From positions 1 to 53,415 of the forward strand of contig JANPEF010000138.1 of NCBI GenBank assembly GCA_031431875.1: 53,415 bases of DNA, in the 5' to 3' direction. A program made the translations under genes and the position numbers. Below the pieces are notes generated by a model, which saw only the letters and a list, made by a program, of their open reading frames with translations, had not been told where the DNA came from and made no database searches. This DNA comes from Candidatus Eiseniibacteriota bacterium (GTDB taxonomy: Bacteria > Eisenbacteria > RBG-16-71-46 > DASYSL01). Shown here piece after piece: positions 42,199 through 52,879 of this stretch. How positions within the stretch are numbered: position 1 is the stretch's first letter; each line of letters opens with the position of its first letter.

Positions 42199-42363
42199 GG
42201 CCTGCGTGGCGGTCCTTCGACCTCCGGCAGATGGCGCCGATTGAATGCAGTGGATTGCACGGATGCCCCCGGCACGCCCCCAGATTCCGGAGTCGCCGTC
42301 GTCGAGTTGCTTCGACCGGACGATCGGGTCAAACCAGGTCCCTGACGGAACAGCAAGACAGCC
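42199..42363 (+). ncRNA. Putative structured ncRNA, 6S RNA-like
   Basis: Starts just after a promoter; nested pairings GACCT(42219-23)/AGGTC(42336-40), GATGGCG(42230-36)/CGCCGTC(42294-300), small hairpin GACC..GGTC(42314-30). Family assignment from recalled resemblance only. Confidence 0.5.
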
Positions 42364-42387
42364 GAAGAGTTCGGACACCCTGGCCTC

Positions 42388-42415
42388 TCCGTCGCCTCCC
42401 GCCCGTGGCGACGGA
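42388..42415 (+). terminator. Strong hairpin downstream of the ncRNA candidate (no U tract)
   Basis: TCCGTCGCC-10 nt loop-GGCGACGGA, perfect 9-bp stem. Confidence 0.4.
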
Positions 42416-42450
42416 CCACGATTGCGTTCATTCGCGATCGGGGAGTTGGA

Positions 42451-44586
42451 ATGGTGCATCACGCGTGGGCGCTTGGACTCGCGGGTTGGTTGCTCGTGTG
42501 CGCGGAAATCGTCCGCGCCGCGGTGCCGCCGCCTGCACCCCAGCCGCTGCCTCGCAGTCTCGAAACGACCTCCGCCGGTGTCGCCGCCGATCCGCAGCGC
42601 GCGCGCGGAGCGGAGCCCAGGCGCATCGCGACCTCGCTGCCCGAGGAAGTCGTGCGTGGCGGGGTTCCCACGTTCGGGAAGCCGGGCACGTTCACGATGG
42701 CGGTGACCGCACCGGATGCGCAGCGGATGCCTGGCGGCTTCCAGGATCCGCTGCGCTTCCTGCAGGCGTTGCCGGGTGTGTCGAACGATTCGGATTTCGA
42801 CGGCCTCCTCTACGTGCGCGGCGGGGAGGGCGGGCAGAACAAGGTGTTGCTCGACCAGGTCTCGGTGAGCGACGCCTATCACTTCGGCGGCGTGGTCAGC
42901 GTGCTCAACGCCGACGTGATGGAGAAGATCGAGTTCTCACCGGGCGGCTACACGGCCGAGTACGGCGACGCGCTGTCGGCGATCCTCGCGGTGAAGCGGC
43001 GGGTGGGCAACCCGGTCGAGATGCGCGGTAGCGCCGGGATCTCCCTGCTCACCGCACACGCTACGTTCGAGGGGCCGATCGGCAACGATGGCAAGGCCTC
43101 GTACCTGGTGGCGGCGCGACGCTCGTACGTCGACCAGGTGCTCAAGAGTCGCGCCACGGGGCCCACTGCGCTCCCGGCGTTCTGGGACGTCGACGCGCGA
43201 TTGTATCGACAGGCGGGAGAGCACGACTTCCGCCTCGGCTTCATCCGCTCCGGCGATGCGTTGTCGGCGCGGCTGTCGGACACGTTCACGTTCACGCCTG
43301 CCGAATCGAGTGGGCTCGAATGGGACCGTCAGCTGACGATGACGTCGCTCGAGTGGCGGCGCCCGGCGAGCCAGCCCGGGGCGTGGGCACTGTCGGGAAT
43401 GACGGCGTACAGCTGGAAGGCGCAGGCCGTCGATTACCTGTCGGGCCTGCCGCAGCACGCGGACGCCGCCACGCGGACGTTCGACGCGCGCTTCGATGCG
43501 TCGCGTCCGGCCGGCGGAGTGATGTGGACGGGTGGGGCGCAGGTCGTGCACGGGCACACCGAGTACGACCTCGACATCGATCGGCTGTCGGTCCTCGAAC
43601 CCGACCGTCGGTCGAACCCCCGTTCGCCGTTCGACACGGTGCGCGTGGTGTCGCACCACGAGTACCGCAACGTGTACGGCGCGGCGTACGTGCAGGGGCT
43701 GGGCACACTGGCCGACTCGGCGGTCACCGTCACCCTCGGCGCGCGCCTCGAGCACGGCTCGCGCAGCCAGGAGGCGGCGGTGACGCCGCGCCTGCGGCTC
43801 GCCTGGTCGACACCGCTGTCGGGCGTGACGGTGACGGCGGCGGCAGGACAGTATCGGCAGTTCCCGGGGGACCGGCTCGAGACCGATCCGACGATCGGCA
43901 ACCCGGACCTGCTCGCCGAGCGGGCGGATCACCTGGTGCTGGGAGCCTCGCGGCTGTTCGCGCGAGGCGGGCGCCTGTCGGTCGAGGGGTACTGGAAGCG
44001 GCTGACGAACCTGATCGTCTACGACGCGGATGCGCCGGATGCGGCGCCACCGTTCGTCAACCAGGGAACCGGAAAGGCGCGCGGGGTCGAGTTTCTCGCC
44101 CACATCCCGCGCCGCAAGTCGGATGTCTGGTTCGCCTACACGCTGGGCGAGGTGCGGTATCGGGATTTCGCGGACGCAGCGGAGTATGCGCCCGCGCAGG
44201 ACATCCGCCACACGATCTCGGCCGTCGGGCGCGTGCGCCCGGGTCGCGATTGGACGCTCGGCGTCAAGTGGCGGGCGCAGAGCGGTCGTCCCTACACGCC
44301 CGTGGTCGGGCGCGAAGACGTCTCCGACCTCGTGGACGGGATGACCTGGGTGCCGGTGCTGGGGGGATACAACAGCGGCCGCTTCCCCTGGTACCAGCGG
44401 CTCGACGTGCGCGCGGAGCGCGCGTTCCGGATTTCCGGAGCGCGCCTGAGCGCCTCGCTCGAGGCAGTGAATGTCCTCGGCCGCCGCAATCTGTACGACT
44501 ATCGGTACGTGGATGGTTACGCCCGTGCCGAGCCGGTGGAGATGCTGCCGTTCCTGCCCGTCTTCGGGCTGTCGGCGGTGTTCTAG
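42451..44586 (+). CDS. TonB-dependent receptor
   Basis: Signal peptide, plug motifs DPLRFLQALPGV..LYVRGG and GGY.AEYG..LS, NPDL.AERA.H, RLDVR, C-terminal Phe. Confidence 0.9.
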   Translation: MVHHAWALGLAGWLLVCAEIVRAAVPPPAPQPLPRSLETTSAGVAADPQRARGAEPRRIATSLPEEVVRGGVPTFGKPGTFTMAVTAPDAQRMPGGFQDPLRFLQALPGVSNDSDFDGLLYVRGGEGGQNKVLLDQVSVSDAYHFGGVVSVLNADVMEKIEFSPGGYTAEYGDALSAILAVKRRVGNPVEMRGSAGISLLTAHATFEGPIGNDGKASYLVAARRSYVDQVLKSRATGPTALPAFWDVDARLYRQAGEHDFRLGFIRSGDALSARLSDTFTFTPAESSGLEWDRQLTMTSLEWRRPASQPGAWALSGMTAYSWKAQAVDYLSGLPQHADAATRTFDARFDASRPAGGVMWTGGAQVVHGHTEYDLDIDRLSVLEPDRRSNPRSPFDTVRVVSHHEYRNVYGAAYVQGLGTLADSAVTVTLGARLEHGSRSQEAAVTPRLRLAWSTPLSGVTVTAAAGQYRQFPGDRLETDPTIGNPDLLAERADHLVLGASRLFARGGRLSVEGYWKRLTNLIVYDADAPDAAPPFVNQGTGKARGVEFLAHIPRRKSDVWFAYTLGEVRYRDFADAAEYAPAQDIRHTISAVGRVRPGRDWTLGVKWRAQSGRPYTPVVGREDVSDLVDGMTWVPVLGGYNSGRFPWYQRLDVRAERAFRISGARLSASLEAVNVLGRRNLYDYRYVDGYARAEPVEMLPFLPVFGLSAVF

Positions 44587-44770
44587 TCGCACAGGACGTT
44601 GGAAACGGATTGAGGCGGCAGCGGACGCAGTCGTCCCGCAGGGGACGGGTCTCGTGGGGAGTACGCAGTCGTTGGAGGCAGCAGCTGTAGTGCAGGGCAG
44701 GACCCGGTTTCTTCACCGGAATCGGCGATCGCGACGTCGGTTCCATGCAATCACCCGCAGGAGGTGCACC

Positions 44771-45286
44771 ATGCGCGCAGTGCGTTCCTTGATCCTGACT
44801 CTCGTTCTCGTGGCGGGCTTCGCCGGCGTCGCGTCGGCGCAGTACGACAACACCCCCGGCACTTACACCAATGTCGGCGTCGGCATCGTTCCGGGGGCCC
44901 TGCCGCTGGGTTCGCTGCCGAGCGGCTTGCCGGCGCTCGGTCCCAACCTGTATCGCGGTACGCTCATCATCGTCCGTGCCGACGGCGGCTACGCGGTGAG
45001 CTACCAGGGCGAGACGGAGCAGCGGGCGAAGGTCAACGTCAACGCCACGTTCTCCGGCGACTGGGTCGGCGTCAAGCGGGGATCCCTCGTCGTCGGCACG
45101 TCGCTTGAGAGCGACGTGATCACCGGCATCGACGGGATGCACCTGCTGTCGGCCAACATCAACGGTGTCGGCACGGTCGATGGTGCGTTCCAGCGCGTCA
45201 TCGCCAAGTTCTCGGGAGACGGCTTCACCTATCCGCCGTCGCTGACGCAGTTCAAGGTCAACCCGGCGCCGGGCTTCCTGCGCTAG
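44771..45286 (+). CDS. Small secreted beta-rich hypothetical protein
   Basis: Strong SD AGGAGGT, signal peptide ending ASA|Q, typical codon usage, own terminator. Confidence 0.8.
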   Translation: MRAVRSLILTLVLVAGFAGVASAQYDNTPGTYTNVGVGIVPGALPLGSLPSGLPALGPNLYRGTLIIVRADGGYAVSYQGETEQRAKVNVNATFSGDWVGVKRGSLVVGTSLESDVITGIDGMHLLSANINGVGTVDGAFQRVIAKFSGDGFTYPPSLTQFKVNPAPGFLR

Positions 45287-45328
45287 GTCGAGCCTCGCAG
45301 CAGTCAGCACGCAGCAGGCAGCAGAGAC

Positions 45329-45363
45329 GGGGGCGGGGCCGCGAGGCCTCGCCCCTTCGCTTT
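45329..45363 (+). terminator. Rho-independent terminator
   Basis: GGGGCGGGGCC-GCGA-GGCCTCGCCCC followed by TTCGCTTT. Confidence 0.7.
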
Positions 45364-45397
45364 GCCCTGGATTCGTTTCAGGGTAAAGTCCGGCAGC

Positions 45398-47062
45398 ATG
45401 GGCTCGCCCGGACATCCCTCGATGGGTTCATTGCACTCCTCCTGCCGGTATCGATGGCTGCTGTCGCTCCTGGCGCTGGGGGTCCTCCTATCCGGGCCAC
45501 GCGCCGAAGCAGCGACGCGTCCCGCGACCTTCCAGATCGGCGGCTACTGCATCTCCTGGGCGTATCGCGAGCCGACCTGGCTCGTGGCGCTGCACGATGC
45601 GGGCCTCGACTTCGTCAACAATCTCGATCACCACTTCGACTCCCAGTACGGACTCGAGACGGTCCGCCTCCTCGACTCCCTCCGCGTCGCCCGGCCCGGG
45701 TTCACGATGCGGGCCATCGTCAGCCTGTCGCAGACCGATCCCGGGCACGAGGCGTTCTCCAGCCTGTCCGACGTGTCTCCCGCGACGCTCGCGCGCATCG
45801 GCAAGACGCTGCGCCCGGGCGCCGGCTACAACAGCGACTCGATCCTCGGCTGGAACCTGGCGGATGAACCGAGCACGCGCGCCGGAATGGATCTCATCGG
45901 CGTGCAGGCCCGATCTCTCCGCCGTCAGCCCGCGACCGCGACCCGGCTGCCGTTCGTGAACCTGCTCCCGATCGCCGAGCCCGGGGGATCCGCCGGCTAT
46001 GAAGGGGAGTTCCGCCCGGGGCGCGACCGCATGCAGGCCTATGCCGCCTACTGCGACGCCTGGCTGGCCCAGTTCGATTCGCTGCCCGAGCCCGCCCCGG
46101 TGCTCTCCTTCGACCTGTATCCGTTTCAGTCCAGCGAGCGGCCTCGCAGTGACTTTCCCGAGAACCTTGCGGTCGCGAGCGATCGAGCGCGGGCCTACGG
46201 CCGATCCGGCGTGCGGGTTCCCCTGTGGTCCGTCATCCAACTGTCGCCGCACCGCATGAAGGACCAGCCCTACTCGGCGACGCCGAAGGTCGCGCACACG
46301 CGGTGGCAGGCCTGGTATGCCGTGGCGTACGGCGCCAAGGGGATCGCGTACTGGACCCTGTTTCCGACCGGGCGCGTCGAGGGTCCACGCTTCGATATCG
46401 GGCTGTACGACGAGCAGGGACGCCCCGGCCCGCGCATCCCGGGCATCCGCACGCTCAACGCGCAGCTCCATGCCCTCGGTCCCACGCTCATGCAACTCGA
46501 TCCGGTCGAGGTGTGGCACGGTACGGGCGGGCAAGGTTCGGGCTTTGAGGTCGACACGGACTGGGGTCCGGCGGGATTTTCGAAGCCGGTCACTCAGGTG
46601 ACGGCCGAGCCGATCGCTGGCGGAGGTGGGAAGGCCGACGATCTCGTGTTCGCCCAGCTGCGGCATGCGACGACGGGCGAGGACTATCTGCTGGTGATGA
46701 ATGCGAACCTGACGCGACCGCGCTCGTTCCGGCTGCAGTTGGCCGCTCGCGCCGACACGGTCGAGCGGATTGACCGGGGCACCGGCCGGCCCGTTCGCGT
46801 CGGCACGGGTCTCGACGAACTGCGCGTCCCGACGCTCGGCCCGGCCGAGGCCGAGCTCTACCGGATCGTCGACCGGGTGGTCGAGCCCATCCCCGACGTG
46901 CTCGAGATCCGCGAAGACGGCACCCGCCGCTATTTCCGCACCGCCCTGGGGATCCTTTCAGTCGATCGCGCGACCGGCGCACGCATCCGGGTTGCCGCAC
47001 TGGTCGGGCGCCCGGCGGCCGGCCTCAGGGCCACCCCGGCAGGGGTCGTCGCGGCCGATTGA
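45398..47062 (+). CDS. Secreted glycoside-hydrolase-like protein (TIM-barrel type)
   Basis: Signal peptide, GWNLADEP, VNLLP, LSFDLYP, RWQAW.AVAYGAKGIAYW; start ATG 45398 (or 45422) after TTGCCC..TAAAGT. Confidence 0.7.
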   Translation: MGSPGHPSMGSLHSSCRYRWLLSLLALGVLLSGPRAEAATRPATFQIGGYCISWAYREPTWLVALHDAGLDFVNNLDHHFDSQYGLETVRLLDSLRVARPGFTMRAIVSLSQTDPGHEAFSSLSDVSPATLARIGKTLRPGAGYNSDSILGWNLADEPSTRAGMDLIGVQARSLRRQPATATRLPFVNLLPIAEPGGSAGYEGEFRPGRDRMQAYAAYCDAWLAQFDSLPEPAPVLSFDLYPFQSSERPRSDFPENLAVASDRARAYGRSGVRVPLWSVIQLSPHRMKDQPYSATPKVAHTRWQAWYAVAYGAKGIAYWTLFPTGRVEGPRFDIGLYDEQGRPGPRIPGIRTLNAQLHALGPTLMQLDPVEVWHGTGGQGSGFEVDTDWGPAGFSKPVTQVTAEPIAGGGGKADDLVFAQLRHATTGEDYLLVMNANLTRPRSFRLQLAARADTVERIDRGTGRPVRVGTGLDELRVPTLGPAEAELYRIVDRVVEPIPDVLEIREDGTRRYFRTALGILSVDRATGARIRVAALVGRPAAGLRATPAGVVAAD

Positions 47063-47087
47063 CGATCGGGCTTGGGCCCTGTAAAGT
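47059..47087 (+). promoter_or_regulatory. Putative sigma70 promoter of the mutase operon
   Basis: TTGACG(47059-64)-17 nt-TAAAGT(47082-87). Confidence 0.65.
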
Positions 47088-47142
47088 TCGATCCATCAAG
47101 GACTTCGCCGTTCACCCCCGGCCCGGAGAGAGCCTCGCCTCC

Positions 47143-48135
47143 ATGCCTGCCCCCAGCGGTTCCGCCTCGGTCGAACTCGCCACCCGCGCCTTTGCCGGCG
47201 ACCGGGTCGCGCTGGCGCGCTCGATCTCGCTGGTGGAGAATGAGGCGCCCGCGGCGGAGGCCATCCTCGCGGCCGCCTTTCCGCGCACCGGGCAGGCCGT
47301 GCGCATCGGCATCACGGGCCCTCCGGGCGCCGGGAAGTCGACGCTCACCGCCCAGCTGGCGAAGGTGCATCGCGCCGCGGGACGCACCGTCGCGATCGTG
47401 GCCGTCGATCCGACGAGCCCGTTCTCGGGTGGGGCGCTGCTCGGGGATCGCGTACGGATGTTCGCGCTGGCCGGCGACGACGGCGTGTTCATCCGCTCGA
47501 TGGCCTCGCGCGGGTCGCTCGGCGGACTGGCCGGCACGACATCCGACGTCTGCGACGTGCTCGAGGCCGCCGGCTTCGAGCGCATCCTGATCGAGACCGT
47601 GGGCGTGGGGCAGAGCGAGCTCGAGGTGGCCGAGGCGGCCGACACCACGCTGGTCGTGCTGGTTCCCGAGTCGGGCGACGCGGTGCAGGCCATGAAGGCC
47701 GGGCTCATGGAGATCGGCGACGTCTTCGCCATGAACAAGGCCGATCGCGAGGGCGCCGAGCGCGCCGCGCAGGCGATCCGCTCGATGATCCACCTGGGCA
47801 CGCGCCGCGACGAGTGGGAACCGCCCGTGTGCCTGACCGTCGCCCAGACCGGGCAGGGGGTTCTGGAACTCGACGCGACGCTGGCGCGGCACCTCGACCA
47901 CCTGGCCGCCCGCGGCGGGCTCGTTCATCGCCGCCGCCGCCGACTGGCCGAGCGCATCGATGCGCACATCGCGGCCCGGCTGAAGTCGCGTTCCCTCGCC
48001 CGCGTGCCGCAGGCGCGGCGCGACGAGATCCTGGTCCGCGTCGAGGAACGGCGGATGACGCCGTCCGACGCGGCCCGTACGCTGTTCGACGAAGCGTGGC
48101 CCGACGGGGCCGCGTCCACGAGGAGCACGCCATGA
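47143..48135 (+). CDS. meaB: MeaB/MeaI-family G-protein chaperone of B12 mutases
   Basis: [51 protein letters not shown]; start ATG 47143. Confidence 0.93.
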   Translation: MPAPSGSASVELATRAFAGDRVALARSISLVENEAPAAEAILAAAFPRTGQAVRIGITGPPGAGKSTLTAQLAKVHRAAGRTVAIVAVDPTSPFSGGALLGDRVRMFALAGDDGVFIRSMASRGSLGGLAGTTSDVCDVLEAAGFERILIETVGVGQSELEVAEAADTTLVVLVPESGDAVQAMKAGLMEIGDVFAMNKADREGAERAAQAIRSMIHLGTRRDEWEPPVCLTVAQTGQGVLELDATLARHLDHLAARGGLVHRRRRRLAERIDAHIAARLKSRSLARVPQARRDEILVRVEERRMTPSDAARTLFDEAWPDGAASTRSTP

Positions 48136-49880
48136 CCGAGCGCACGACCCCCGCCGCAGCGACCGCCCCCGGCGCGCCTGTTGGCCCGACCGCCGGCGCG
48201 GGCAAGCCGCTGTCGCCCGAACTCGAGCGCATCGCCCGCGCGCAGGCCGAGTGGGTCGCGCGCACTCCGGCACGCTCGAAGGTGGAGCGCGACGACCTCT
48301 TCGAGACCATCTCGGGCGACAAGGTGAAGGCGCTGTACACGCCGACCGTCCTCGCCGGCTTCGACTACGAGCGCGATCTCGGCTTCCCCGGTGAGTACCC
48401 GTATACGCGTGGGATCCGCCAGTCCGGGTATCGCGGCCGCCTGTGGACGATGCGCCAGTTTGCCGGCTTCGGCAGCGCGGCAGACACCAACCAGCGCTTC
48501 CACTACCTGCTGGCGCATGGGCAGGACGGCTTGTCGACCGCGTTCGACGTGCCGACCCTGATGGGCTTCGATTCGGACGACCCACGCTCGCTCGGCGAGG
48601 TCGGCGTCTGCGGCGTGGCCATGGACTCGATCGTCGACATGGACACGCTGTTCAAGGGCATCGACCTGACGAAGGTCACCACGTCGATGACGATCAATGG
48701 GCCGGCTGCGATCGTGTGGGGCCTGTTCCTGGCCAACGCCGAGCGGCAGGGCGTCGCCCTCGAGAAGCTGGGCGGAACGCTGCAGAACGACGCGTTCAAG
48801 GAGTTCATCGCCCAGAAGTGCTGGTGCTTCCCGCCGCGCCCGGCGGTGCGGCTGGTCGTCGACTCGGTCGAGTTCGCGACCCAGCACATGCCGAAATGGA
48901 ACTCGATCTCGATCTCGGGCTACCACATTCGCGAGGCGGGATCGACGGCGGCGCAGGAACTCGCGTTCACGCTCAAGGACGGCTTCACCTACGTCGAGGA
49001 GTGCATCAAGCGCGGCCTGGACGTCGACACGTTCGCGCCCCGCCTGTCGTTCTTCTTCAACGCGCACCTCGACTTCTTCGAGGAGATCGCCAAGTACCGC
49101 GCGGCGCGCCGCATCTGGGCGCGCCACATGCGAGACGTGTACAAGGCCAGGAAGCCCGAGAGCTGGCTGATGCGCTTCCACACGCAGACCGCCGGCTGCT
49201 CGCTGACCGCGCAGCAACCCGAGAACAACATCGTGCGCACCGCGATCGAGGGGCTGGCCGGCGTGCTCGGCGGCACGCAGTCGCTGCACACCAACTCGAT
49301 GGACGAGACGCTGGCGCTGCCGTCGGACAAGGCGGTGAAGATCGCGCTGCGCACGCAGCAGATTCTCGCCTACGAGATGGGCCTGACCAACACGGTCGAC
49401 CCGCTCGCCGGCTCGTACTACGTCGAGAGCCTGACCAACCGCATCGAGCAGCAGGCCGAGGAGCTGTTCAAGGAAATCGACGCGCAGGGCGGCACGATCG
49501 AGGCGATCGAGAAGGGCTGGTTCCAGCGCGAGATCCACCAGGCGAGCTACCGCTACCAGCTCGAGGTCGAGCGCAAGGAGCGGATCATCGTCGGCGTCAA
49601 CGACTTCGTCGAGAGCGACGAGCAGATCGACATCCCGATCCTGCAGATCGACCCGCAGGTCGAGAAGGACCAGGTCGCAGCCCTGAAGAAGATGCGCGAG
49701 TCGCGCGACAACGACCTGACGAAGCGCCGCCTCGCGGCGCTCACCGAGGCTGCGGGCGACACGTCGAAGAACCTCATGCCGCCGATCATCGCCGCCGCGG
49801 CGGCCTACGCGACCGAGGGCGAGATCCGCAATGCGATGCGCGTCCACTTCGGCGACTACCACGAGCCGGCCGAGTTCTAG
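48132..49880 (+). CDS. icmA: B12-dependent acyl-CoA mutase large subunit, isobutyryl-CoA mutase type
   Basis: [19 protein letters not shown] (Phe), KEFIAQK (Gln), [20 protein letters not shown]; no B12-binding domain. Confidence 0.8.
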   Translation: MTERTTPAAATAPGAPVGPTAGAGKPLSPELERIARAQAEWVARTPARSKVERDDLFETISGDKVKALYTPTVLAGFDYERDLGFPGEYPYTRGIRQSGYRGRLWTMRQFAGFGSAADTNQRFHYLLAHGQDGLSTAFDVPTLMGFDSDDPRSLGEVGVCGVAMDSIVDMDTLFKGIDLTKVTTSMTINGPAAIVWGLFLANAERQGVALEKLGGTLQNDAFKEFIAQKCWCFPPRPAVRLVVDSVEFATQHMPKWNSISISGYHIREAGSTAAQELAFTLKDGFTYVEECIKRGLDVDTFAPRLSFFFNAHLDFFEEIAKYRAARRIWARHMRDVYKARKPESWLMRFHTQTAGCSLTAQQPENNIVRTAIEGLAGVLGGTQSLHTNSMDETLALPSDKAVKIALRTQQILAYEMGLTNTVDPLAGSYYVESLTNRIEQQAEELFKEIDAQGGTIEAIEKGWFQREIHQASYRYQLEVERKERIIVGVNDFVESDEQIDIPILQIDPQVEKDQVAALKKMRESRDNDLTKRRLAALTEAAGDTSKNLMPPIIAAAAAYATEGEIRNAMRVHFGDYHEPAEF

Positions 49881-49902
49881 GCCCCGGAGAACCGAGCCCA
49901 CC

Positions 49903-50310
49903 ATGGACCAGAAGATCCGCGTGCTCGTCGGCAAGCCGGGCCTCGATGGCCACGACCGTGGCGCCAAGGTCGTCGCCGCGGCGTTCCGCGATGCCGGCTT
50001 CGAGGTGATCTACACCGGACTGCACCAGACGCCCGAGCAGGTCGTCGAGGCCGCGATCCAGGAGGACGTCGACGTCGTCGCGCTGTCGATCCTCTCGGGC
50101 GCGCACATGACGCTGTTCCCGGCGATCCAGGACCTGCTCGTCGCCAAGGGCGCGACCCACATGCTGCTGACCGGCGGCGGAATCATGACCGCGCAGGACA
50201 TCGACACGCTGTCGAAGCGGGGGATCGGCAAGCTGTTCGGTCCCGGCAGCCCCACGACCGACGCGATCGCCTACATCAAGGAGTGGTGCGCCGCGCATCC
50301 GCGCGCATGA
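49903..50310 (+). CDS. icmB: Cobalamin-binding small subunit of acyl-CoA mutase
   Basis: KPGLDGHDRGAK (DxHxxG), QEDVD, LSILSGAH, GGG. Confidence 0.85.
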   Translation: MDQKIRVLVGKPGLDGHDRGAKVVAAAFRDAGFEVIYTGLHQTPEQVVEAAIQEDVDVVALSILSGAHMTLFPAIQDLLVAKGATHMLLTGGGIMTAQDIDTLSKRGIGKLFGPGSPTTDAIAYIKEWCAAHPRA

Positions 50311-50984
50311 GCGCAACACGCCCGTTCGTGGTCGCCCTGTCGGGCTCGCCGCGCGCGGGCTCGAACGTGGACATGCTGGTCGAAGCCGCGCTGCTGGGCG
50401 CTGCGGAAGCCGGCGCCGACACGCTGCACCTGGCCGCGCGCGACCTCTCGTTCCGCATGTGCCAGGCCTGCGGCCCCGACCCGGTCGAGGACGGCGGCGA
50501 CTGCATCTTCCACGACGACATGGATCGCGTGTACGCGGCCCTGGCTCGCGCCACCGGCGTGCTGGTCGCCACGCCCGTGTTCTTCAGCGGGGTCTCGGCG
50601 CAACTGAAGGCGGTGATCGATCGCTGCAACTGTGTCACGCCCGTCGTTGTCGGGGAGGATGGGGCTGCTGTGTTTCGGCGGCGAAGAGCGCGCACTCGTA
50701 GGGGAGCGGCGATCATTGTGCTTGGTCCGACGGACACCGAAGAACCCTCGCGCCTGACGGCGCGTGGGTTCTTGTCATGGATCGGCAGTCGCCTGCTCGA
50801 GACGATGGTCTGGCGGCACGGCGACGTCGAAGTGGGCGCGGTCGCCCGCGATGCGAACGCGCTCGCCGAAGCCCGTGCGCTGGGCACCCGGCTCGCCGGC
50901 CCGCCGCTCGATCCCGGCGTGACGCCCGCGGGCGGCGCGACCGGCACGATTCCCGGCACGCACATCTCCGGAGGAACCCCATGA
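50307..50984 (+). CDS. Flavodoxin-fold iron-sulfur flavoprotein-like (Isf/WrbA family)
   Basis: GSPR.GSN, CQAC...C...DDM, ATPVFF..VSAQLK..IDR. Confidence 0.82.
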   Translation: MSATRPFVVALSGSPRAGSNVDMLVEAALLGAAEAGADTLHLAARDLSFRMCQACGPDPVEDGGDCIFHDDMDRVYAALARATGVLVATPVFFSGVSAQLKAVIDRCNCVTPVVVGEDGAAVFRRRRARTRRGAAIIVLGPTDTEEPSRLTARGFLSWIGSRLLETMVWRHGDVEVGAVARDANALAEARALGTRLAGPPLDPGVTPAGGATGTIPGTHISGGTP

Positions 50985-51702
50985 GCAAGGTCGTCGCGAA
51001 CGCAACCGAGGCGCTGGCCCGCGCCGGGCTCACCGACGGGGCCATCGTGCTCGCCGGCGGCTTCGGCCTGTGCGGCATCCCCGAGAACCTGATCGCCGCG
51101 ATCGAGGCGAGCGGGGTCAAGGACCTGACCGTGGTGAGCAACAACGCGGGCGTCGACGACTTCGGACTGGGGCGGCTGCTGCGCACGCGCCAGATCCGGA
51201 GGATGGTCTCGTCGTACGTGGGCGAGAACGCGACGTTCGAGCGGCAGTACCTCGACGGCCGGCTCGAGGTCGAGTTCGTGCCGCAGGGCACGCTCGCCGA
51301 GCGCATCCGCGCGGGCGGCGCGGGCCTTGGGGGTTTCTACACGCCGACCGGCTACGGCACGATCGTCGCCGAGGGCAAGGAGACGCGCGAGATCGACGGC
51401 CGCATGTACGTGCTCGAGAAGCCGATCCACGGCGCACTCGCCATCGTCAAGGCATGGCGGGCCGACGCGACGGGCAACCTCGTCTACCGGATGAGCGCGC
51501 GCAACTTCAACCCGATGATGGCGACCGCCGCCGACTTCGTGATCGCCGAGGTGGAGGAGGTCGTGCCGGTCGGGAGCATCGACCCCGACCACGTGCACAC
51601 GCCGGGCGTGTACGTCGACACGGTGTTCGTGGCACAGGGCCTCGAGAAGCGGATCGAGCAGCGCACGGTGCGTTCGCGCGACGCCGCGAAGGGAGGCGCC
51701 GC

Positions 51703-51706
<4 letters not shown>
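50981..51706 (+). CDS. scoA: Family I CoA-transferase subunit A
   Basis: [43 protein letters not shown]. Confidence 0.92.
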
Positions 51707-52352
<646 letters not shown>

Positions 52353-52356
<4 letters not shown>

Positions 52357-52814
52357 ACGCCGCAACGCGCGACCGCGTGCTGTTCGGGCTGGCGATCCTG
52401 GTCGGGGCGGGGGCCTGGTTCGGCGTCGTGCTGTGGAGCGGCCGACGGGAGGCGTGGGACGCGCCCGAGTTCACCACGCTCGGCCTGCCGCTGGCTTACG
52501 GCGCATGCCTCGTGCTCGGGTTCTTCGGTTCGCGTCAGGCCTGGCGCTGGCCGGTGCTCGTCCTCGGGTCCCTGGCTGCGAGCGCGGTTCTCGGTGGCGG
52601 CGGCAACCTCACCCTGTGGCCGCTCACGCTCCTGTTGCTCGGCCTCATGGCCGCGGTCGGCCTGATCCCGACGTACGTGGGGGTCGGGCTCCGACGGGTT
52701 GTCGCGGCGCGACGGGCGCGGCGGGCGGCGGCGGATGCGCGGCTCCAGGCGTTCTCGGGAGGCGGGGTGGCCGCGACGGACGCCCCGGAAACCCCTCCCA
52801 CTCCCCGACCGTAG
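52353..52814 (+). CDS. Small membrane hypothetical protein (about 4 TM)
   Basis: Hydrophobic segments, GRREAWD loop, GGNL.LWPL; GTGA overlap with scoB. Confidence 0.65.
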
Positions 52815-52879
52815 ATTCCGGGTCCCCTCACCCGACCCCGATCCAACCAATTCCCCTGCTCGTCCATCTGAAGGAGCGC

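Noticed and set aside
42335..42355. Firm SRP RNA call from CAGGTCC..GGAACAGC
   Set aside because: Lacks the GNRA tetraloop and intact GGAAGCAGC; kept only as an alternative in the ncRNA finding.
48132..49880. Calling the mutase methylmalonyl-CoA mutase
   Set aside because: The carboxylate-binding Tyr/Arg pair is replaced by Phe/Gln, and no methylmalonyl-CoA epimerase gene is in the operon.
50630..50790. Lower-GC patch in the flavoprotein gene as an internal promoter or insertion
   Set aside because: The frame is intact and I found no convincing -35/-10 pair.
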